64,000 bases of DNA from Octopus sinensis (GCF_006345805.1 NC_042997.1:49910001-49974000); one strand, 5' to 3'. Shown: positions 13,775 through 25,895, counted from the first letter of the stretch. Numbers and translations: made by a program. Notes: generated by a model not told the origin, from the sequence alone.

Positions 13775-14077
13775 ACACACTAATAAAAAGGTTGGCTTAT
13801 GAGCAATTAGAATCTAAAGGCAAAATTAATAGAGGTCACAAAAGTGACGGGGGGGGGGTGCTGGCCAGCACAGTTTATGCTAAAATAAGAGTTAAATTAA
13901 CTCCAAAGCCACAAATCACAACTCAATGATTGACAACTGGAGGTAAAGCCCCTATTATATGAAGCAGAATTGTGATTTTGAATCTTGTTGACACCTTAAT
14001 TCTCATCAGTGGGTTTTAACGTCTAGGGTTAAACTCAACTTCCTTTATCAATCATATAAGAATATATATATATGTTG

Positions 14078-14527
14078 AGGCAAGTGAAATCGAAATCAAA
14101 CTCTGTGATGGCATCCGTTGCTAGTGGAGCGCTAAGAGTACCATACGAGTGAGATCGTTCCCGGAGCAACAAGCTGGCCTCCATGCCAATGGCATGTTAA
14201 AAACAGCATTTGAGCGTGATCGTTACCTGCATCGCCTTACTAGCACGTGAAAAAAAAACATTTGAGCGATGTCGTTGCCAGTGTCGCTGGACTGGCTCCT
14301 GTGCAGGTGGCACATAAAAAGCACCATTTGAGCGTGGCCATTGTCAGTACCACCAAACTGGCCCTCGTGCCAGTGGCGCATAAAAGCACCCACTACACTC
14401 TCAGAGTGGTTGTCGTTAGGAAGGGCATCCAGCTGTAGAAACTCTGCCAGATCAGATTGGAGTCTGGTGCAGCCATCTGGTTCACCAGACCTCAGTCAAA
14501 TCATCCAACCCATGCCAGCATGATGAT
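14078..14527 (+). mobile_element. (GAT)n-tailed retroelement with about 5 tandem units
   Basis: AAATCGAAATC leader, about 60-65-bp units, conserved 3' module. Confidence 0.82.
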
Positions 14528-14541
14528 ATATATATATATAT

Positions 14542-14724
14542 AAAGGGAAAGTTTATGAAAATAAACAAAAGACGAAGGCAGGTGGAATACAAACAAACAA
14601 ATTTATTAGTATAGCGCTCAGGAATAGAAAAGGTCTTTTATGTTTCGAGCCTACGCTCTTCGACGGAAAGATACACAGAAAAAACAAGGAGAGAAAAAAA
14701 TGTGTGAAGGAGCTAACGATCTAT
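14542..14724 (-). mobile_element. Penelope-like terminal-repeat fragment next to (TA)n
   Basis: The minus strand carries GAAGAGCGTAGGCTCGAAAC, similar to the CTGANGA...CGAAAC hallmark of Penelope pLTRs; homologous to 25098-25281 and 57507-57694. Confidence 0.6.
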
Positions 14725-15796
14725 GATGATAGTGTATGTGTGTGTGAATGTACATATATATTTATGTGTATATTTTATATACATGTGAAACTGGTGATGG
14801 AATGTTGGTGATAAGTTTTCAGATCTTTGCTGTGCCTGGTTCTGGAAATTACAGATTTTGTATCTGCATTGTAGATTGCATGTAAACTAAGCAGCATATT
14901 GTGTTTGCTTTGTATTTTGTTTCTGTGTGGTTTGTGACAAATGTAGTCAAACAATGTCAATGATACTTATGATGGCATATGTAATAGCTTTGAGTGTTAT
15001 AGCTGTCACATGTCCTTTGTGTAAGACTCTGTTATTATTGACTACAGAGGCTTGAATCCGTGTTTTGGAATTGAAATGGTAATGAGTTGCTAATATCATA
15101 AATGAACATCTCATTGGTTGGGATTAACTTTACCGTTTTTCCTTATGGGGTTGATGTTGCCTTTCATTCAATAAAATAGACATCAGTTGAGGGGTCGATG
15201 TAATAGGCTTATACCCACACCCCTGAAATTGATGGCCCTGTGCCAAAATTTGAAGCCAATATAATAAACAAGCATTTGTTTTCCTAAGAATTTTGAAGAT
15301 AAATACTAGAACGTGAAATGTTAGTAAGATAGAATTTTGTCTGATTTCCAGATTCTGGGAACTTTGCACTTTTGGTACAATTAAAGGAAGATATTGTTGT
15401 GTGTGTTAATTTCTTAATTCCCTAAATGTCATATGGGTGGTTTTGAGTTTGTGGGTCTCCCTTTTGCTTTTCTGATGGAAGTTGCATATCTTGCATGGCT
15501 GTGTGTGTGTGTGTGTCTCTCTCTCCCCTTGTCAATAAGCTGAGACGGATGTCGGAAAATGACATGGGCATGAGATTTAGTGTTTTAATCATGTGATTAT
15601 TCACACAACATAACCAAGCCTCTTGTATAATATGGCAAAGTAAATTATATAAGTAAAAATTCAAATACTATTTAAACTTGACAGGAGAATTATCAAGGGA
15701 GCCATTTTGTTTATTTTAGACTCTCTTTCTCATCCCTACTTTATTTTTTTCTTCTGTCACTCTTCCTTCATTGGAACGGGTACACTGGTTTATTAA

Positions 15797-16192
15797 TCTT
15801 TATATATAAAAGTGAGGTTGTGTGCTGTCTGTCTCCTACGATTTAGATTCCTAACTACTCCCACATTTTGCGGTGCAGTGTAACCAAAACCGGGTATCTT
15901 ACAGTCGTGATTCATATCGAGCCCTTCTGGGTATTAGCGCGTCTATGATGAGTCTACGATTTAAAAAAAAATTACCATCAATTTTTCCCATTTTTAATGC
16001 ATTTTTGGCATATATAAGGGAAGTAACTCTCTAAAAATTTATTATTAAATCTCAGAACGTAAAAAGCTACAGTAACACCCCCCCACTTTTGTGGTTAGTC
16101 ATATTGAGATGGCTATTATACTTTACATCTCTAAAAATGCTTATATAGTTATTTCCCTTACAAACCCGAGCAACGCCGAGCAATACTGCTAG
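15797..16192 (+). mobile_element. non-autonomous Helitron-like element (396 bp)
   Basis: A|TCTTTATATATAAAAG 5' end; subterminal CCCGAGCAACGCCGAGC hairpin-like motif; CTAG|T 3' end; inserted in an AT dinucleotide with no TSD. Confidence 0.75.
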
Positions 16193-16756
16193 TTGTAACT
16201 AAAAATAAGTAGAGACTGAAAATTTTCATATAGATATTATTACATCATTTGTACACATTATATATGTATGTATATATGTGTGTTTATATGTAAAGCTTAA
16301 AATGTAATTTGATAAGAATATTTCATATAACAGAAACCAAGAAGTAAATTGATTTTTGTTTGGATCCTAATACCAAATATTTTGTTTACTCTAAATCTTA
16401 TAATCTTCACACCAATTTGAATGTAGCCAGAAAATAATTCAATAACATAGCCAGAACCATATACATTTATTTGTATTTATCTTTATCAAACTCGTTTATT
16501 TTTAAAGTTTGCTTTTTTTAAAAATATTTTCAGCCATTTTCTTTAACTCATTTTTGTTAATTTGGTTGTAAATCACGTTTGGACACATTGTACAGAATAT
16601 AAATATCTAAAACCATTCTGCTGAAGCTGGGAAAGTAAAATACATATCTGTTTAAAAAGAAATTGGAATTAATTTATTTGGTGATTTATTTATTTATTTA
16701 TTTGTGATTATCTAGTTTCTTTGAATTTGCCCTAAAAATCACCACAGCATAAGGCA

Positions 16757-17162
16757 CATGTATGGCAATATGGTTAAGAAGTTTGATTCACAGTCACATA
16801 GTCTTGGGTTCAGTCCCACTGGGTGACACCTTGAGCAAATGTCTTTTTCTATAGCCTCGGGCCAACCAAAGCCTTGTGAGTGGATTTGGTAGATGGAAAC
16901 TGAAAGAAACCTGTCATGTACATATGCATATATGTTTGTGCCCTTGTCTTTGAACTTGTTAATTGTAAACAAATGTCAACATCACAAAAGCAGTCTGTTA
17001 GCAGTTTTCCATGAAAACAGGTCCAGACTAGGGAAAATATCATGTTGCTTGGAAACAGATGGGAGTTGGTAAGAGAAAGGGCATCTGGCCATTAGAAAAC
17101 CTGCCTCAACAGATCTGACGCCTGCAAGCATGGGACAAATAGATGGGAAAACTATGATGACT
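16757..17162 (+). mobile_element. older SINE with family-A head and core but a different, ATGATGA-ending tail
   Basis: Head and core match family A; the 3' part contains AAGGGCATCTGGCC...GCAAGCATGG...ATGATGA. A relative lies at about 45425-45750. Confidence 0.65.
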
Positions 17163-19336
17163 ATGTTTGAATTAATTAATTAGATATATGTAACGAATTG
17201 TAAAACTTCAACATGTTGAAGTATATTGAAATGTTCTACCAAATGTTGTCTTAGTGTGAATGACATGAGAGGACTAAGTTGTCAACAAATTGATATGGAT
17301 GATGAAAAGATTGGTTTCATAATTACTAATGTTCATCGTTACTTTCTGTCTAGGTCTAAAAAAATATAATTTAATTTACATAGGTTTAGGTTAATTTACT
17401 TTTTAATGATAATTAACAAGTGTTAAAAATTCTCTTTACACTAAAACACAGCATAAATGCTAATTGTGTTCATGTAGCAAATGTTAAACTACATTTCTTT
17501 ATAAAATAAAAGTGGGTTAGATTAGTTCCCAATTAACTATTAATTTTTCATGCAGAAGGCATGCCTAGCTGTACTCATTCATTCTAAGGCCTAACGAGTA
17601 TGAGAATACTATAAGAAAGTATAAGAATATTCTCTGCTGAGCAGATGTGATAAGACTGAAACATGTCCAGAGTTGTCTCTGTGTCTCCCAGAGATCAACC
17701 TCTCTACACACTGCACGTCTCTCTTTCTTATTCAGTTTTTAATCACTTTAAGTTTCAGGGTTATCTCCCTTACCATTCTGAGCAAAAATTATCATTGACC
17801 CTAAACATTTTTTTTCTTTTCATGATGGATGTATTCATGGTTGATTAAACTTAGTTTTTTTTATTCATTACATCAAATATAGTAGATGGCTCTTAACTAC
17901 ATGAGAAGGCCTTGCTGAGACGTTTCCAATTATTTCTATCTAAAACACATTGTTATTTCTGACAAAAGAAGGGCTTCATAGAAATACCCCCAACATATCA
18001 ATTATCTAAGAGCTGGTGACAAGATATGGTTGTCACTGTTATCAAAGCAACGATGAATTATTGAGTGACCTTCTTTTTTAGATTTAAAACCGTGGGAAAT
18101 TGCATGTCAGATGACCTAAAATGACATACATTGATCAGTTCTTATAATGTTGAGTTACAAATAGAAAATCTGAAAAACATCGTGGAAGACAGGAATGCTT
18201 GAAAAGAAAGAATGGTTTGGATCGAGGCAACCTGCTTGAGATGATAAGAAACACTCTGTTGAGCTGAAGATCAAATTGTCTGTTATGAAGAGAATTTTTA
18301 GTGTTTTTCAAACTATCATCAATGCATAAAGTAACTAAACAGCATTTCTATATAGTTTTTAAATATTATTTTATTTGCCGAGCAGCAGGTTTAAGTAGAA
18401 ACTTGATAAGCAGTGGTAAATGGAAAGAGGGAGAGATTGAATTCACATTTTCTAATTACATATACTGTTTGTTGAGAACTTGAAATATACTCTGACTTGT
18501 TTGACACCAAGGACTGTATATATTTCAAACATAAATATGCTTTGGTTTTATAATTTTTTAAAGTTAGAATATAGAGAAATAATAAATTTCTGTGTTAGTA
18601 AATCTAAGATTAGTAGCTCTTAGCATTCAGATTACTCTGTCAAATGTAATGCTTGATTCACATTGATTTGGATTAATCATGCATTATCTCATATTTTTGA
18701 AATTTCAAAGATGTGTTATTTTTAGAATAACGTTGTAGGATGGGTGTGAGAGGCCGAATCTGGCCAGTCCAAACATATAACAAAATATTTGGGCTAGATA
18801 TTGCCAGTTTAAATGTAAAAGGCTTAAACACTTGAGTCAAAAATAGATTATGTGGCAGACTAATTATTTCTTATTCCTTGGAATTCTCCTGATATTTCTG
18901 AGAATAACTCTACTACTTGTACTAAATTGAATGAATCTCAAAAGCTCCAATATAGAAAATATATAATTCAGCATTTTACAGTTTCCATGCTTTAATTTTT
19001 GAATATCAATTTTCATTTAGAAAAACTGCCAAAATGGTTAAAAAGTGTATTTGCAATCCTTGATTCCTGGGTTCAGTTTCTACTGTGTGGCATCTCAAGC
19101 AAGCATGTACCTTCTGCCATAGCATTGGGTTACCCCAAGCCCTGTCAGTGAAATTTGGTAGATGGAAATTTTGTGGAAGCCTGTTGGATAAATTGTACTT
19201 GTAAGATTTAAGTTACATGTGTCTGTGGAGTGTTCAGCCGCTTGCATATTAAATTCAATGAGCAGCAGATAAACCAGAAGATCAAAGAATTGAATATTCA
19301 TCTTGGAAACCCATAAAGATTGATTGTTATTTATAT

Positions 19337-19732
19337 TACTCTTTTACTCTTTTACTTGTTTCAGTCATTTGACTGCGGCCATGCTGGAGCACCGCCTTTA
19401 GTCGAGCCACTCGACACCAGGACTTATTCTTTGTAAGCCCAGTACTTATTCTATCGGTCTCTTTTGCCGAACCGCTAAGTGACGGGGACGTAAACACACC
19501 AACATCGGTTGTCAAGCAATGCTAGAGGGACAAACACAGACACACACTTATATATATATATATACATATATACGACGGGCTTCTTTCAGTTTCCGTCTAC
19601 CAAATCCACTCACAAGGCATTGGTCGGCCCGAGGCTATAACAGAAGATACTTGTCCAAGATGCCACACAGTGTGACTGAACCCGGAACCATGTGGTTGGT
19701 TAGCAAGCTACTTACCACACAGCCACTCCTGT
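19337..19732 (-). mobile_element. SINE family A, full length
   Basis: Same architecture; about 840 bp upstream of exon 2. Confidence 0.92.
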
Positions 19733-20323
19733 GGCATATCATAAGAAAATGTAACAGTTATTCACAGGTTTTGTTGTGTGGGCTCATTCATACTGCTGTT
19801 TGAAAGGTTCAAGCTTTAGCTCACAAGAAGTGAAAGAATGGCAGTGGCTAACTACTACACATGCAGACTTTTAAATGGGTGCTAAGAGTGGTTGGTGAAG
19901 GAGGCAAAGAGGGAGAAGGATAGCAGAATAATTGAGAGAGGAAGTTTATAACGGACGAATTTGTTGAGAAAGCTGACTTAAAGCAAAAGAGGGCACTAAG
20001 GTTTTGGTGTGCTGTGTCTATGTGGGTTTTTTTTTAATTGGTCAGCAAAGATGTGCTGGCTATTACTGGAAGTAAAGTTAAAATCATCATCCTCATCGTC
20101 TTAACATCCACTCTTCTATGCTTGCATGGGTTGGATGGAGTTTATTGAACTAGATTTTATATGGTTGAATGCTCTTCTTAAACTCCAGCCCTCAATTTTT
20201 TCTAAGCAAAGTAATATTTCCCTATCATTAGATAATTCCCCATGGAACTCTAGAAACGAACAACATTGTTTAGTATGACTATTAATGTTTGTTTAGAATC
20301 AGCACACAACCTCAAGACAAGGG

Positions 20324-20364
<41 letters not shown>

Positions 20365-20574
20365 AGACACAGACAGACAGTTTCTCTCTACCAAATCCAC
20401 TCACAAATCTTTGTGTGTAAATAATTGTCAATTTCTTTCAACTTGTGCTGGTTAAATTATCCTAAGTATATTGTATGCCTTTATACTTTCAGATAGTTGC
20501 CCTTATAAGGAAACCTTCATCATGGGCCCTCTTTTGGTTATAATTGTAATTTTCTTGTTTGTTTATAATTTTAG

Positions 20575-20649
20575 GATGCTTTGCATGTGGTATGGAAAGT
20601 GGTTTCAGGGTTTACAACACTGACCCTTTAAAAGAGAAAGAAAGGCAAG
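20575..20649 (+). CDS. WDR45B: WDR45B coding exon 2 (75 nt, phase 1-1): (G)[24 protein letters not shown]
   Basis: Acceptor ttttag at 20569-20574, donor gtaagt at 20650; translation matches the WIPI3 N-terminus. Confidence 0.95.
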
Positions 20650-20896
20650 GTAAGTGTAACAGTTATGTTTGTTTTGACTGAAGCATTATTGCATTATTAA
20701 AATGTTCAGCATACGTACAATGAAGTGTGTTGCCTGTTATAGGTATGTGAGTAACTTTATAATAGAAGATGTCTTATGGTATGTTAATATCCACATAGGT
20801 ACCAGTGTGAAACACTGGCATGGATTTAATTATATTGTTACACCATGTCCCTACACTCACACCATATTTTAAATGGTTTCACTGCTAAAATACCTT

Positions 20897-20936
<40 letters not shown>

Positions 20937-21219
20937 TATCTATATATCTATATATATATATATATATATATATGGTATTTAGAGTTATATTCACTCAATA
21001 TAATTTCAATGTTAATGCATTGGTTCCACATCATTTGCTCATTTGCAACTGTTAACAAATAGGAGGGACTACAGTTGGGAGTTAGGTTACTTAGTCCAGC
21101 AACATCACCACCAACAACAGCAACAACCACCACCACCACAAATAATAGTTGAAGAAGGGGAAGTTTCTGTCAGAACAATCCAACTGTTCATTGAAACATA
21201 GAAAGCTTACAACAATGGC

Positions 21220-21495
21220 CACTGGTGGACGGGGTCTAGAAATATTGGTTGCCAGGAGACTAAGGGGTCCACCCACAACTACAATGCTATCATTTAATTA
21301 TTTATTATTTTTTTTGTTAAAAGTATTCTTTTCAACTGTCTACAAACACAGCCAGGCTGAAATAATTAATGCATTTTTCCAGGAGTGAATAAAAAATTCT
21401 CAAACTTATGGGGATGGGCCCCATATATGGATTCTAATGGCATAGGGGCCCCACTTGCTATCAGGCAAACTGGCAACCTGGCCAGTCCACCACTG
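21220..21495. mobile_element. hAT-like MITE (276 bp)
   Basis: Imperfect TIRs CACTGGTGGAC / GTCCACCACTG flanked by an 8-bp duplication acaatggc / acagtggc (7/8 match), the TSD length typical of hAT. Confidence 0.6.
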
Positions 21496-22153
21496 ACAGT
21501 GGCTGTATCTAATGTTACAATTGATTAAGACTAGAAGCTTAATCTCTTCCTACCATCAATACTAGTTTTGTCATGTATATCAATGCCTTTTAGACATCTT
21601 AGCTGATGCTGCCAGATGTGCTATCATAAACAAAGACAACAAACCGAAAGAGGGAGCCACTATGTGGCAGTTCGGCCTGCTAGAAATAGCAGCCAAATCT
21701 TTTTCAAATCACATCTTTCTCTCTTAAAAATATTTTTGACAATGGCTCTGCTCTATCATGTTTATTCTAGGATTAAGCAATACCAATGTCTGCAAACATG
21801 ACTGCTGTTCATTAAAATGAACTTCACACTAATCAGTGGCTTAAGTATTTATGCAGACTGGTTTCAAATAGCGTCTGATTAACTCCTGGCAGATAACAGA
21901 AGATGTAAGGCAAAGTAAATTCTAATACAAGGACGAGTACAAACTTAACATCAAAATTTTAAAATTACGATTACATAAAAAATGCCAATGCTTTGCCAAA
22001 ACTGTATTTGATCATCCAGCCACTCCACACCCTGAAAAATGTATATTTATGGGTGCGTGTTTAGAATAATCTCAGGGTTTTGTTTATGCATTACAAATAT
22101 TTTAACAATTGCATGTAACACTGCTAAGACATTTTCTTCTATTTTCAAATATT

Positions 22154-23291
22154 TCAGGTCATCCCATAAGTTCTGTCCGAATTTTGAATAAAGAAAACAA
22201 GTGATCAAATGTTATATTTAATTGAAATTTAATCATCAATGTACTTTCCCTGATTATCTATGACTTTCTTCCGTCTATTTACAAGCTTTTTAATCCTATC
22301 GGTGGATTAAAACTCTTTTGGTTTCAAAGCGAAGAACTCTGAAATGTCAGTTTCGGCCTCCTCCTGGCTTGCGAAAGCTATGTCCCCCAAATGATTCTGT
22401 AAACTACGAAACAAATGGTAGTCTGAAGGAACAAGTTTGGGAGAATAAGGTGGATGAGGAATTTTTTCCCAACCAAGCTCTTCGATCTTCTGCGCTGTCC
22501 TTTGTGCATTGTCCTGATGAAACATCACTCCTTTTCGATTCACTAAAGCGGCTCTTTTCTTCAATGCTTGGTTCAAACACTCTAATGGCTGACAGTAGAC
22601 TTGAGCATTGACTGTTGCATTAGGTGGTAACAATTCAAAGTGAATTACTCCTTTGCAATCCCACCAGATAGAGAGAGGAACCTTTTTTCCATGAAGTTGC
22701 CTTCTGGGTTGTGGTTGAGCTTTTTCCCTTTTACCAAACCACTGTTTACGACATTTAACATTTCGATAGAAGATCCATTTTTCGTCACCAGTCACAAGTC
22801 GATCTAAAAAGGTTGAAATGAGTTTGCAAGAATAGAGAGAAGAGCAAATGTCAACTCGGGATTTGTGGTTACTTTCGAACAATTCATGAGGCACCCATTT
22901 TCTAAGTTTAGGAACCTTTCCAAGTTGTTGAAGATGACGATGAACAGTTGTATGGTTTGAACTAAGCTTTATTGCCAATTCTTCAACTGATAATGCAGGA
23001 TTTTCTTCAAGTAATGCCTCAAGGAGTTTATCATCAAACTCAACTGGACATTCTGTTCGATCTTCATCTTCAAGGTTGAAATCTCTACATCTGAATTTTG
23101 CAAACCGTCTTCTGCAAGTTCTTTCATTCAAGCATTTAACTCTATTATTCTGTAAAATAATATTTAATTAGTTTAAATGTACACAAATGCATAAAATTAA
23201 TTTTAAATTCCATTAGACATTCTAAAATACTATTAAATTTCACTCAATTTTAAAAAAGGTAAAATTGGGCAGAATTTACGGGATGACCTGA
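22154..23291 (-). mobile_element. mariner (Tc1/mariner) transposon, inactive, in WDR45B intron 2
   Basis: About 30-bp TIRs (TCAGGTCATCCCATAAGTTCTGTCCGA / ...GGGCAGAATTTACGGGATGACCTGA) and TA at 23292-23293. Transposase motifs WVPHEL, VTGDEKW, HQDNA and YSPxLxPSDY are present. Confidence 0.95.
22229..23131 (-). pseudogene. mariner transposase pseudogene
   Basis: The 274-aa ORF 22307-23131 lacks the N-terminal region and has 29 rather than 34 residues between the 2nd and 3rd catalytic Asp (RPH segment lost). A premature TAA at 22307-22309 is followed by more transposase-like codons (KLVNRRKKVIDNQGKYIDD*) to 22229. Confidence 0.9.
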
Positions 23292-23473
23292 TAATTTCAA
23301 TGTTTTAGATGTATCGTTTCTATTTTATATGAAATAAAAATTATCATTTTTCCAGTGTCGTTAAAGTAAAAGTAAGACTTTTTTGTATTTGATAATGTTC
23401 TCTAATGTTTTTAAAATTCCACTTTCTTAATGTCTTTTCATTTTTCTGTTTTTTTTTCTTCTTTTCTTTTTAG

Positions 23474-23575
23474 ACTTCAATGATGGTGGAATAGGTCACA
23501 TAGAAATGCTGTTTCGTTGTAATTATCTTGCTCTAGTGGGTGGTGGAAAAAATCCCAAATATCCACCAAACAAAG
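23474..23575 (+). CDS. WDR45B: WDR45B coding exon 3 (102 nt): (D)[33 protein letters not shown]
   Basis: Long pyrimidine tract plus tag acceptor, gtaaa donor; conserved [15 protein letters not shown] motif. Confidence 0.96.
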
Positions 23576-23739
23576 GTAAAATTTATATCCCGTTTTATGA
23601 AATGGAATGTATTGGTGTTCTGAGAATTGAAATGTTTTGGGGTAGAAGTGTATATGGAATGATAATGGCACACATGCTGTTACTGATATCAAAAGAAAGT
23701 TGTGGAAAAGCTATTACATGAGGTTATTGAAAAGGAAAG

Positions 23740-24110
23740 GCTTCATATGAATGGAGTAGATAATGGAATTTATTGAAAGAGTTATGGCATAAATGATTAG
23801 GAAGAATTTGGCATTGCACCAGTAAAAGGTACTACTAATGCTCTGTTTATAGGGAGACAACTGCAGAAGAACTTAGCTTGGTGTAATCCTCTATAGCTAG
23901 TGTTTATTGATCTTAAAAACCTTTTGACAGAGTTCCACACTCTGTAATCTGGATGTAGCTAAGGAAACGATGGGTAAATGAATGACTTGTGAAATCCTTG
24001 CAAACCATGTAGAGTCGTGCAGTTAGTAAGGTGAGATTTAGTGATGAGTTCAGTGATGAATTTAGCTTGCTGGGATGATTCCATAGGCCTCATTTCTTAA
24101 CCCTGCCTCC
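23740..24110 (+). mobile_element. decayed RTE-like RT fragment in intron 3
   Basis: Broken codons resembling FGFxPxKGTTxA, FIDLxKxFDRVPHSVIW. Confidence 0.7.
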
Positions 24111-24799
24111 CTCTTGACAATCTTTTTTCTTCCCATTATGCTGCTCAAGTTGTTGGTTGTTTGTAAGAAGATTAAATAGAAAAAAACATGGCTATCACTA
24201 TCTCCCTTCCATAATTCCCTTTTCTATTACTCTCTTACTCTAGACACCCTATCCCTCCATCATGATTTCACTTCCATCAACTCCTCACCCTGGTCCTCTA
24301 TCCTTTATCACCCTCTCAGTTATTTTAGCCATTGCAAAAATCTGGACATGAGGTAGAAAAGAGATTTCCTTTAGTTTTGCTAGGGACAACGTAATCTCTC
24401 AAATGCTGGTATGGATACAACATCAACTTTCCAGACACTGATGGTCCAGAACCTCTTATAACCTGCACTAATTTGTGAGAAGGAACTTCAGATTACCACA
24501 ACCATCAGACTAATTTAATGGGTGGCCCTGTTTTGCAGTACTTGACACTTTACAATATCAATAAACTTGTATAATTTACATAATGTACTGGTAGCTGTAT
24601 TTTATTTAATTATTTAATGTAAATTTAATATTTGTTTTAGTGGTGACCACCCCTGGTTCAGAAAAATCAGTATATAGGTGCAGATATGGCTGTGTGGTAA
24701 GAAGCTTGCTTCTCAACCACATGGTTATGGGTTCAATCCTACTGTGTTGCACCTTGGACAAGTGTCTTCTATCACACCGTGGGCTGATCAAAGCCTTGA

Positions 24800-25010
24800 G
24801 AATCCCTTACACCCCACTCCCACGTACCCCCACTCTTGCCTCCCCTACACCTCAACACCACCACATCACACACCACCATACCACACTACATCACACCACC
24901 TTGCACACACTTGCACTCACCACTTCCCAGCACCCACACTGTCTTCCATACACCTACACATGCATACACACACACATCAAGGTCACCAGCCCCCATCCAC
25001 ACTCACATAT
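24800..25010. repeat. C/A-rich low-complexity (CAC/ACAC) tract
   Basis: caccacatcacacaccaccataccacac...; source of the His/Thr-rich spurious ORFs. Confidence 0.8.
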
Positions 25011-25097
25011 GCACGTGCACTTTCGTTTTGGGATCACCACTACTTTATTATCTCCCCTTCTTCCTAGCTCTCCTGTGTGACCCCTCTGTCCGGCATT

Positions 25098-25279
25098 CAC
25101 CATGATAGATCACTAGCCATTAAACCTTTTTTATTTTCTCTCCCTGTTTATTTCTGTGTTCCTTTCTGCGGAAGAGTGTAGGCAAGAAACGTAAAAGCCT
25201 TTCTCACTTCCCGAACATTAAACTAATACATCTGTTTGTTGTTTACATACCCGTCTCCGCCTTTTTTTTGTAAATTCTC

Positions 25280-25281
<2 letters not shown>
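25098..25281 (+). mobile_element. Penelope-like terminal-repeat fragment
   Basis: Reverse-complement homolog of 57507-57694; ends at a (TA)n run. Confidence 0.6.
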
Positions 25282-25325
<44 letters not shown>

Positions 25326-25328
<3 letters not shown>

Positions 25329-25530
25329 AATCCAAACAAGAAAGCACAAAAAAACACAACGCGAGGACGTGGAACAAATATAGTATTATTGGACGCTCAG
25401 GAAAGAAGGAGGGTTTAACGTTTCGAGCGGAGCTCTTCGTCGGAAACATAGGAGAAGGAAAGATCTAGAAAAGGGGAGACAGAGGAAAAAAAAATCGCCA
25501 ACGGTACACACGAGGTCACATTTTGAATAT
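25326..25530 (-). mobile_element. Penelope-like terminal-repeat fragment, second subfamily
   Basis: The minus strand reads GTTTCCGACGAAGAGCTCCGCTCGAAACGTTAAAC; the element abuts the same (TA)n run. Confidence 0.6.
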
Positions 25531-25544
25531 ATATATATATTTGT

Positions 25545-25780
25545 GTGTGTACATGTCTTGGTGTCTGTGTTTGTCCTTCTCCATGGCTTGACAACTGCTG
25601 TTGGTGTGTGTTTACATCCCCGTAATTTAGCAGTTTGGCAAAAGAGACTGGTAGAATAAGCACCAGGCTTAAAACATGAAAGATAAGTACTGGTGTCGGT
25701 ACATTTGACTGAAAATTCTTCAAGGTGGTGCCCTAGCATGGCCACAGTCAAATGACTGGAACAAGTAAAAGATGAAAAAG
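25545..25780 (+). mobile_element. SINE family A-related, 3' half (older)
   Basis: Diverged 3' module ending GAACAAGTAAAAGA. Confidence 0.75.
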
Positions 25781-25895
25781 ACTGTAGAGAGGGTTTGAGA
25801 CCAAAGGTTCCAGAAAATCAGTGTCGTACAGATATGACACTGATAAAATGTGCCCAGCATGTTCTGTAATGTGTTATTAGAAAAAAGAAAAAAAA

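Noticed and set aside
24640-25105. Overlapping His/Thr-rich ORFs (146, 129 and 89 aa)
   Set aside because: These are translations of a SINE fragment plus a CAC-rich low-complexity tract.
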